NCBI GenBank assembly: GCA_964354495.1
Contig: CAYHAA010000021.1
Coordinates: 1-32,000, forward strand
DNA: 32,000 nt
Direction of reading: 5' to 3'
Source: an uncultured archaeon
GTDB taxonomy: Archaea > Asgardarchaeota > Thorarchaeia > Thorarchaeales > Thorarchaeaceae
Of the stretch, positions 25,314 through 32,000 are shown piece by piece (position 1 is the first letter of the stretch; each line of letters opens with the position of its first letter). A program made the position numbers and the translations under genes. Under the pieces are notes generated by a model that was not told where the DNA came from, ran no database searches, and saw only the letters and a program-made list of their open reading frames with translations.

Positions 25314-25516
25314 ATCTTTTCAATCCTGTCCGGCTGTGACTGCCTGCGTGCTTATCCTGCTTTATACATTACCATAGTTCCACTAATTGTACCTGAATCA
25401 TTGATATATCAATTAGAGTGCATTTGGAACCCGAAAATCGTCGCCCGTTTGTATTATGACCTTATATCTCATGCAGTGCACTGATTGTCGTATCAAAGTA
25501 CTACACCCACACCCTA

Positions 25517-25729
25517 TTTGGGAATCCTCAGAGTGTCACTGACTCTTTGACACTTGAATAACAACCCCTCCCTCGGACCCACCCGTGGACGCAGCATGGA
25601 TCTGCCTCTATCGTGCTGTGGGTGGGTCCTCCCAAAATGCCCACGCCTCGTCTGAAGACTTGGTCTTCTGCTAACCCATCATCATGAAGGGAATAGGCGA
25701 GAATTCCTACTATCAGTTGTCGTGACAAC
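25517..25729. ncRNA. Candidate structured RNA in a long intergenic region (family and strand unknown)
   Basis: Nested complementary segments: TTTGGGA/TCCCAAA, AGTGTCA/TGACACT, GGACCCACCC/GGGTGGGTCC, CGCCT/AGGCG, GAAGAC/GTCTTC, GTTGTC/GACAAC. Confidence 0.3.
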
Positions 25730-25909
25730 AGCCGCTGTCCACAAGTTCATAAGGAGTCACTCTGCAGAAACGTACTGCAGGTATACACGAAGCGAGAAGC
25801 GTTTTCTATAGTCGGAATTGTCGAGACTCTTTTTTAGGGCATCGCAAATTTCACAGAAGCACACAGTAGTTTTGAAGACTTGCAAATCGCATTTAGCGAG
25901 TGAACAACA

Positions 25910-26491
25910 ATGAATTATGACGAACAAGAGCCTATTGAGGCTACAGTGGCAGAACTAAAGCCACAGATGAAGAATGTCACCACTCATTTCAAGGTGATCA
26001 GTAAGGGCGAAGAGCGTGAGATTGAGTCCCGTAATGACGGAGCAACTCACCGTGTCTGTGATATCACTGTCGGTGATACGAGCGGAACTGTTCAGGTCCC
26101 TCTCTGGGATGAGGTTATCGATAGCATCGAAGAAGGTGCTACCTACAATCTGACCAATGGATACACTGGTCTCTTTCGAGGTAACCTACGATTAAATGTT
26201 GGTAGGTACGGTAAACTCGAGAAGGCTGCAGAAGCCATCGAAGATGTCAACATGGACGTCGATATGTCCGCTGAAGAGCACGAAGATGACCGACCCCGTA
26301 GGAGCTATGGCGGCGGTGGCGGCTATGGCGGAGACCGACGTGGTGGTGGCGGTGGTGGCGGTGGCTACGGTGGAGATCGTCGCGGTGGCGGCGGTGGTTA
26401 CAGTGGCCGAAGTAGCGGTGGCTACGGTGGAGATAGGCGAGGCAGTGGCGGCTACGGTGGTAGCGGCGGCGACAGGCGTCGCAGAGACTAG
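25910..26491 (+). CDS. ssb: Single OB-fold ssDNA-binding protein (SSB/RPA-like) with a Gly/Arg/Tyr-rich tail
   Basis: VAELKP...V...VGDTSGTVQVPLWD...NGYTGLFRGNLRLNVGRYG OB-fold pattern of crenarchaeal-type SSB, then an acidic linker and a low-complexity tail. Confidence 0.85.
   Translation: MNYDEQEPIEATVAELKPQMKNVTTHFKVISKGEEREIESRNDGATHRVCDITVGDTSGTVQVPLWDEVIDSIEEGATYNLTNGYTGLFRGNLRLNVGRYGKLEKAAEAIEDVNMDVDMSAEEHEDDRPRRSYGGGGGYGGDRRGGGGGGGGYGGDRRGGGGGYSGRSSGGYGGDRRGSGGYGGSGGDRRRRD
26306..26488 (+). repeat. Low-complexity coding repeat (GGDRR x4 within poly-Gly/Tyr)
   Basis: YGGGGGYGGDRRGGGGGGGGYGGDRRGGGGGYSGRSSGGYGGDRRGSGGYGGSGGDRRRRD, with varied codons. Confidence 0.9.
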
Positions 26492-26653
26492 ATTCCAAAC
26501 TTAGATACGATTTACAGCAGCAATAGCTGTTCGATTGTGGGTAATCAATAGTGATTACTCACAAATCCTTCTTTTTTAGTTCGAATATCTGAAACAAATC
26601 TTGGCACTTTTTCTCTCATATCCCTATAGAACGGAATGGAGACAACGAGCAGA

Positions 26654-26682
26654 TGGTGCTGAGGGTGAGTTTTGAGCTCGCG
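26654..26682 (-). repeat. Degenerate copy of the tRNA-Leu 3' end (att-like), distal
   Basis: tggtgctgagggtgagttttgagctcgcg vs 27957-27985 tggtgcggagggcgagatttgaactcgcg: 25/29 identical. Confidence 0.8.
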
Positions 26683-26699
26683 AAGACCAGAACCTTGTT

Positions 26700-27203
26700 C
26701 TATCCACACTCGTGGATTATGATACTGTAGACGAACTGCACTGGTAGATTGAGCGGATGATCACTAATCTTGATGATCTGATACGGATATGTCATGACTG
26801 TCAGAAGAATACATCCTTCACCGGGATGCGTTTCGTCAATGTAGACCACATAATACTCGTCAGTCATAATGATGTGTGTGATGTTCGTCAAATATCCAGA
26901 TGATTCACGTTCTCCTTGGAATACAGCAACAAGCATCGTTGAGGTGAAGTTGACGATTGGCACCTCTGGTATGGGGTCATGTCCACTGTACAGTTCTAGC
27001 CAGAGGCTCTCCCAAGCTGTTGCATTTGTAATAGTGAAATTGGCTCTCTGTTCATAATTGTAGCCTCCACCAGGGTCAATCACCTCGAATGATATCTCAG
27101 TGCCAGAGAGAAAGCCGAGGTTAGGTCCTGCCAGTACTAGAAAAGAGACCGCCAAGACAGCACAAACTGCAGTTCCTACAAGAGCTCTAGATAGAGTTTC
27201 CAT
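26700..27203 (-). CDS. Membrane-anchored/secreted protein with a PrcB C-terminal-like domain
   Basis: N-terminal hydrophobic helix; PIVNFTSTMLVAVFQGERESSGY...HPGEGC..LTVMTYPYQIIKI resembles protease complex subunit PrcB family proteins. Confidence 0.72.
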   Translation of the reverse strand: METLSRALVGTAVCAVLAVSFLVLAGPNLGFLSGTEISFEVIDPGGGYNYEQRANFTITNATAWESLWLELYSGHDPIPEVPIVNFTSTMLVAVFQGERESSGYLTNITHIIMTDEYYVVYIDETHPGEGCILLTVMTYPYQIIKISDHPLNLPVQFVYSIIIHECG

Positions 27204-27235
27204 GGACTCCGCGCTCGTACGATATATGCCATGAC

Positions 27236-27247
27236 GATATATAAAAC
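27236..27247 (-). promoter_or_regulatory. TATA box of the PrcB-like cassette gene
   Basis: GTTTTATATATC on the minus strand about 33 nt upstream of ATG 27203. Confidence 0.55.
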
Positions 27248-27341
27248 AGTAATATCCTCTGCAACGCAGATTCGTACCACATGCTCAGCAGCAGGTAGGT
27301 CGTCTAGTGTTCTCTCTACAGTCTTCTGACAGAAGCAATGA

Positions 27342-27364
27342 TGGTGCGGAGGGCGAGGTTTGAA
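27342..27364 (-). repeat. Copy of the tRNA-Leu 3' end (att-like), proximal
   Basis: tggtgcggagggcgaggtttgaa vs 27957-27979: 22/23 identical, including the CCA end. Confidence 0.88.
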
Positions 27365-27385
27365 TAGAAGAATACGCCATCTTAA

Positions 27386-27829
27386 TCAAGTGTAGGATGT
27401 TCTATTGATGGTGCCGCAATAGGAACACTTCATTGCTGTTCTACCATCCATCATCTCTAGAGGTGCACCGCAGTTTTCGCAGTGAAGGTATCTCTTGTCA
27501 AACGCCTTATCAATGCGCCTTGAATCTCTGGGAACTTTCTTCCTTGCTCTTCTAGCCGCTGACACCCTTGACACGCTTATGATGAGTGGACATAACGCAA
27601 TAATCACGAAGAGGGCTCCCACAACCTCTGCAGTGTATACAATATCAGAATACAATCGGAGTTGGGGGTCATAGGTTGGCAGCGAGATGACTGCGATAAT
27701 TCATTGTGTTGGAAATAAGACTGCACCACAGAGTTCATCGCCTAAACTGTCGGCAACAGAACATGTCTTAGAACAATAGCTGCCCATCCAGTCGTCGCTC
27801 TCAGTAGTACCACACCATTTGCATCTCAT
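27386..27829 (-). pseudogene. Membrane protein with an N-terminal CxxC...YCSxxC Zn finger, two hydrophobic segments and a C-terminal Zn ribbon; one in-frame TGA
   Basis: ATG 27829 with GGGTGA RBS: MRCKWCG...YCSKTC...LFPTQ*IIAVISL...CENCGAPL...KCSYCGTIN; TGA at codon 43 (27701-27703) is in frame with the ORF-track 89-aa ORF. Confidence 0.72.
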
Positions 27830-27956
27830 CACCCTCTTCTTATCGACGGCAATGTAGTGCTTCTCTCTCCGCAATCAGACTCCCACTGAATGATATGTCT
27901 GAGATTTGATAAATTCTCCCTCTCCTCTATATGGTACCATTGGTTAGAAAAGAAAG

Positions 27957-28074
27957 TGGTGCGGAGGGCGAGATTTGAACTCGCGGACCCCTACGAGATT
28001 TCCCTGAGGCACACAAAATTGCCTTCATTAGGGACCTCAACCCTACGCCTTTGACCAGGCTTGGCAACCTCCGC
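27957..28074 (-). tRNA. tRNA-Leu (GAG) with a 30-nt intron at position 43/44 (27999-28028), CCA encoded
   Basis: GCGGAGG/CCTCCGC acceptor, TAGGG-TTGAGGT-CCCTA anticodon arm, long variable arm and T-arm; removing the BHB-defined 30 nt gives an 88-nt tRNA. Confidence 0.92.
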
Positions 28075-28659
28075 AGTAGAAGAGCTCATCCCATGAGGGT
28101 AATTCTCTCTCCCTTTTGCATCGGTGATAAGCATTTCTGTTGACGGTCCTCGCTGGGTGAAGATGCATCATTGAAGATCGTTGCACTTGTTGAAACAGCA
28201 ACAGTTCTGCAAAAACGAGGGTTTCTGGAACAGAGGGAGTCACGATAAAGCGACAGTTCGATCTGTTCTCATGTGTTCGACTACTCTAATTAGCGAGTAG
28301 TACCGGCAAGCCACTCAAACAGGCTTGATTTTGTCCTGTTCTGTCTCTCTCTCTTGTTCTTCTTATCGTTCATTTTGTTTTTTCACCTTGTATCCATAAA
28401 GGTTCGTGAGAATATGTATAAGGATGATGGATTCTGCACAGACTTCAGAACCATACTTTTGGAGAACTCTAAGGGCTTCCTTGTCCTGTGCCTTCCTCAC
28501 CCTTCAAAACCGCTTCAGAAAGTAAACATGGGCTCCAACCACTCAAAAAGACTATGCGTGCGATTTACTCATATGTAAGTGATATGTTGTTCACGTGTGG
28601 TGGGTTGTATCATTGCGTTTGAGATTTCACCACTGCTTCTGGCACTTGAGGTGGAATGA

Positions 28660-29250
28660 ATGAAGTCGGAGCATGTGGTTATTGCTCTCTTCTTGTTGGC
28701 AGGCGTTATCAGCTTGTTCTACACTCCACATTACTTTTACGACGCAGTGGGACCTTTCGAACCAGAGGATACCGAATCCAGTATCTCAATTGCCCAAGGT
28801 GGCACACGGCTTATCACTGTCTTTTACAATGACACTTAGCATAATCTGCCAATAGCAAACGCTACAATATCTGTCAACAACACTCGCCCGGACGTTGTAG
28901 AGGTCATATCAGCGCTTCCAGATCCGAATCGTACAGGATACTACATTGTTGCCATATGTGGCAAGACGCAAGGTACCGCATGGCTCACAGTATCTCTCAG
29001 CAAGTCAGGATATGATTTGCAGAGCTATACAGTTCAAGTCGAGGTGTTTCAATATTGGACCCCAGGGCCTCGCCCACCAACTTTCGGTTTGCCAGCTTTG
29101 CTCCTCGTAATCATTTGTGTTGTTTTCTATAATAGACGGTCCAAGAAGAGGAGGAGTGCAGAGAAGCCAGATGAAACATCTGCAGCCGAATCTTCCGAGC
29201 CCTCAATTACTCCAAATGATGAAGAAGGCCTCAATGGAGAACAGATATGA
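28660..29250 (+). pseudogene. Membrane-anchored surface protein (Ig-like domain) with one in-frame TAG
   Basis: ATG 28660 after GAGGTG: MKSEHVVIALFLLAGVISLF...VFYNDT*HNLPIANATISV...LSKSGYDLQSYTVQV...ALLLVIICVVFYNRRSKKRR; TAG at codon 60 (28837-28839), otherwise open to 29250. Confidence 0.75.
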
Positions 29251-29253
29251 TGG

Positions 29254-29359
29254 TGGAGCCCCGGGTGGGATTCGAATTCGTGTCTTGATTCGAAATGGAC
29301 CAAGAACCCACGGCGTTCTGCTTACGAAGCAGACGCTATAACCGCTAAGCCACCGAGGC
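29254..29359 (-). tRNA. tRNA-Thr (CGT) with a 30-nt intron at position 53/54 (29277-29306), CCA encoded
   Basis: GCCTCGG/CCGGGGC acceptor, U73, TCTGC-TTCGTAA-GCAGA anticodon arm; removing 30 nt restores GTGGG-TTCGAAT-CCCAC and a 76-nt tRNA. Confidence 0.92.
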
Positions 29360-29388
29360 TCGACTGAGCGATGAGCCTCTCTAATCTC

Positions 29389-29404
29389 TAATAAAACTTT
29401 ATCA
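29389..29404. promoter_or_regulatory. Back-to-back TATA elements for tRNA-Thr and thiL
   Basis: TAATAAAAC (GTTTTATTA on minus, about 30 nt before tRNA-Thr) overlaps AAAACTTTATCA (about 35 nt before the thiL ATG). Confidence 0.5.
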
Positions 29405-29438
29405 TGAAGCCCAACTTCATCATATTGAGGTTCCCATC

Positions 29439-30431
29439 ATGAAGGCAGGTGAATTAGGCGAACGTGGTTTCATTGCCAGTGTACGCACTTACGTCAATAT
29501 GGTCAAGGGTGCAAGACTTGCTTTTGATGATGATGCGTCAGACTTTCCTATTACTGATGATCTGAATCTGGTTGTGAATATTGACACCTTTGTTCGTAAG
29601 ACGGACTGGCTGCCAGGAATGACAGCGGCACAGGTTGGTCGGAAGACTGCGGTCATGACTCTGAGTGACCTTGCCGCAAAGGGGGCAAAGCCAGTTTCTA
29701 CCATGCTATCCCTGTGTGTACCGGAGAACTATGATGCTGCGGAGGCAAGTGAGCTAGTCCGCGGTTTCTCTGAATATGGGCTCAAGGCTGGCATCCCACT
29801 GATTGGTGGTGACACGGGTATGGCCTCTGATATCGTTCTCACTGGAGTGGCGATGGGAACTGCGCCTCCCAACGGGATCATTGCACGCAATGGTGCAAAG
29901 GTTGGTGATATCGTAGCAGTCACTGGTCCTTTCGGACTCACGTCTGTCGCATATGAGATACTGCTTCGTGAGGGGGTGGCCGAACCGGAACTTCGCGAAG
30001 AGGCACTTCTCGCCGCCTACAAGCCCGCCATCAATCTCGATATTGTTGCCGCTCTTGCTGCGAGAGGTGCAGTGACTGCCTCCATGGATAGCAGTGATGG
30101 TCTGGGGATTACGCTGAACACCATCGCAGAACAGAGCAAGGTCCGCTTTGTCATAGACCATCTGCCTGCTGCAAGAGGTATTGAGGAGTTTGCCCAGACC
30201 CACATGCTTGATGAGATGAAACTTGTCATGCAGGGCGGTGAGGAGTTCCTACTTGCCATAACAATCCCTACGTCAAAGTATGAAGAAGCAAATGACATTG
30301 CACAGTCAAAACAAGTCCCACTGATGAAGATAGGCAGTGTCCGGAAGGGGAAGGGAGTAGTCTACCAATCCTCTGAGGGACAGGTTACCATTCCTTCATC
30401 AGGCTATGATAACTTCAAGGAATGGCGATAG
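29439..30431 (+). CDS. thiL: Thiamine-monophosphate kinase
   Basis: GELGERGFI, DDDASD, NIDTFV, TLSDLAAKGAKP, IGGDT, MDSSDGL, GGEEFLL motifs. Confidence 0.93.
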   Translation: MKAGELGERGFIASVRTYVNMVKGARLAFDDDASDFPITDDLNLVVNIDTFVRKTDWLPGMTAAQVGRKTAVMTLSDLAAKGAKPVSTMLSLCVPENYDAAEASELVRGFSEYGLKAGIPLIGGDTGMASDIVLTGVAMGTAPPNGIIARNGAKVGDIVAVTGPFGLTSVAYEILLREGVAEPELREEALLAAYKPAINLDIVAALAARGAVTASMDSSDGLGITLNTIAEQSKVRFVIDHLPAARGIEEFAQTHMLDEMKLVMQGGEEFLLAITIPTSKYEEANDIAQSKQVPLMKIGSVRKGKGVVYQSSEGQVTIPSSGYDNFKEWR

Positions 30432-30452
30432 GTCTTAGATTGGTGATTGAGT

Positions 30453-32000
30453 ATGAAGGTGGATCGTGTCGCTCTAATCGATGGATATGTCGATGAGCCC
30501 ACATGTCTTGGTGTTCCACCATATGTCAGTACGTACCCTCGCTACATTGCGGGTGCAATCTGGACGAAGAGCCCATCCACGGAGATACTGTATCAGACAA
30601 TAGACCAAGTTCGGGTCAGCTTCACAGCCGCGCAACGGCTCTGGGCAAAGACCAATCTCATCATCCTGATAGCTGGAATGATAGTCCCTGGCAAGTATGT
30701 CGGAGGGACCCCTATATCGATTCGGGAGGCAAAGGAGCTCTTCTCATCACCTATCCTTGATCACATACCAAAGCTGCTAGTAGGGCCTTGGGCTCGATTT
30801 GGCTGCGGAATAGAGGGTGGAAGACTAGCTCTTGGGTCTGATGTGTTATCACCCCCATTCGAATTCATCGTGTCAGGAGACCCCGAGGTTGTAGTCAGCC
30901 AGGTTCTCGATGATGGCAACACGCTGGATTCCGCCGACTTGGGCATGGTCCGTTCAAGCTCTCAGGAGATTGAACACTTTATTGAGCGGGGCACACGCAT
31001 AGTCACCCAGCATCCAGGGTTTGACAAGAACTATATCATCTGCGAGATCGAGTCGTATCGAGGCTGCCCCCGATTTCTCACAGGAGGCTGCTCCTTCTGC
31101 GTTGAACCTTCATACGGTGAACCTCAGCAGAGGGCTTATTCAGCAATCGCTCAAGAGATAGCGGCTCTCAGCAGTCTGGGCATACGCGCCTTCAGAATTG
31201 GTCACCAGGCAGACCTGTTCACCTACGGTTCCACAGAGATGGGTGAGGAGGAGTTTCCCAGACCTAACCCAGATGCAATAGAGCACTTATTCTCAACGAT
31301 TCGTCATGCTGCTCCGACTATTGAAGTGCTGCATATTGACAATGTCAATCCTGGTACTATCGCACGTCACCCCAAGGAGTCAACTGCTGTCGCTAAGATC
31401 ATAATGAAGTACCACACCCCGGGCGATGTTGCTGCGTTTGGCGTGGAGTCAGTGGATCCTGAGGTAATCCGCAGGAACAATCTCAAGGCCGATGCTGATG
31501 AAGTACTGGATGCGGTCCGTCTTCTGAATGAGGTGGGAAGGACGCGGCCGCCCTGGGGTCTTCCACATCTTCTCCCGGGTATCAATCTTCTCTATGGGCT
31601 CCCAGGGGAGAGCAAGAAGACGCTGGAGTACAATCTGGTCTTCCTGCAAGAGCTTCTCAAGGAAGGTCTTCTGGTTCGCCGAATAAACATCCGGCAAGTG
31701 ATTGGACTTCCCGGGACCCGGATTGTAGAAGAGAGAGCAGGAAGGATTAGAAGAAATGAGTTTTACAGGCATCGAGAAGAGGTGCGTGATACCATCGATG
31801 TTGAGATGATCAAGCGGGTCGCTCCTCTGGGCACGATTCTCGAATCGGCCTTCATTGAGGTTGACGAGGCCAATCATTACCTGCTACGACAACTAGGAAC
31901 ATATCCACTGCTTTGTCATATGCCCAAAGGGAGAGAAGAAACAGGAAGACGGTCTGTCTTCGTTGTTGACCATGGACCAAGGTCTCTTACTGTACTCCCA
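30453..32000 (+). CDS. Radical SAM protein, COG1031-like (3' end beyond the window)
   Basis: Open from ATG 30453 to the window end: IDGYVDEPTCLGVPPYVSTYPRY, EIESYRGCPRFLTGGCSFCVEP (Cx7Cx2C), HIDNVNP, INLLYGLPGES, RRINIRQV. Missing from the ORF track because no stop codon falls in the window. Confidence 0.88.
   Translation, partial: MKVDRVALIDGYVDEPTCLGVPPYVSTYPRYIAGAIWTKSPSTEILYQTIDQVRVSFTAAQRLWAKTNLIILIAGMIVPGKYVGGTPISIREAKELFSSPILDHIPKLLVGPWARFGCGIEGGRLALGSDVLSPPFEFIVSGDPEVVVSQVLDDGNTLDSADLGMVRSSSQEIEHFIERGTRIVTQHPGFDKNYIICEIESYRGCPRFLTGGCSFCVEPSYGEPQQRAYSAIAQEIAALSSLGIRAFRIGHQADLFTYGSTEMGEEEFPRPNPDAIEHLFSTIRHAAPTIEVLHIDNVNPGTIARHPKESTAVAKIIMKYHTPGDVAAFGVESVDPEVIRRNNLKADADEVLDAVRLLNEVGRTRPPWGLPHLLPGINLLYGLPGESKKTLEYNLVFLQELLKEGLLVRRINIRQVIGLPGTRIVEERAGRIRRNEFYRHREEVRDTIDVEMIKRVAPLGTILESAFIEVDEANHYLLRQLGTYPLLCHMPKGREETGRRSVFVVDHGPRSLTVLP

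Noticed and set aside
25517-25760. Possible RNase P RNA, SRP RNA, C/D guide or fluoride riboswitch
   Set aside because: GAGGACCCACCCAC only loosely resembles RNase P CR-I and no CR-V is present; no SRP helix-8 motif; ATGATGA has no CTGA at guide distance; riboswitch consensus not matched. Kept only as an unassigned candidate.
26306-26488. Periodic GGC/GGT repeats resembling an array
   Set aside because: In-frame coding low complexity with synonymous variation and no unique spacers; no CRISPR array seen anywhere in the window.
465-31877. Numerous short antisense or overlapping ORFs in the track (e.g. 465-788, 2710-3126, 6998-7444, 20995-21609, 29754-30203, 31449-31877)
   Set aside because: They lie opposite or inside well-supported genes and show no family motifs; treated as shadow ORFs.

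Overview
Archaeal chromosomal window, most likely from an Asgard archaeon (Thorarchaeia-like). This is inferred from a ribophorin-I-like protein, Asgard-style beta-helix/Ig surface proteins and archaeal information-processing genes, not from a database search. Left arm: the conserved DUF424-NMD3-aIF1A-RIO1-KH(Dim2/Pno1)-Top6B-Top6A cluster. Next is an AglH/ALG7-type GlcNAc-1-P transferase transcribed divergently from a 996-aa membrane protein that fuses a DOMON domain (with an FKBP domain inserted inside it), an Ig-like domain and a ribophorin I (OST1/RPN1)-like module; this is the best candidate for an undescribed system. An HD protein and tRNA-Gln follow. About 7 kb of AT-richer, partly decayed accessory DNA (11.87-18.86 kb) ends in a degenerate copy of the tRNA-Gln 5' end. 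It holds a wHTH regulator, surface proteins, an MNT(-HEPN-like) protein, an IS5-family remnant and an inverted, diverged fragment of the MiaB-like gene found 5.6 kb downstream. Right arm: Trm112, GcvPA/PB, an LpdD/PAC-like protein, a ubiquitin-like MoaD/SAMP protein, a MiaB/MtaB-like methylthiotransferase, a Gfo/Idh/MocA oxidoreductase, an SSB with an RGG-type tail, two single-gene cassettes each closed by a copy of the tRNA-Leu 3' end, tRNA-Leu(GAG) and tRNA-Thr(CGT) with 30-nt introns at non-canonical positions, ThiL, and a radical SAM gene running off the window. All family calls come from motif recognition by eye.
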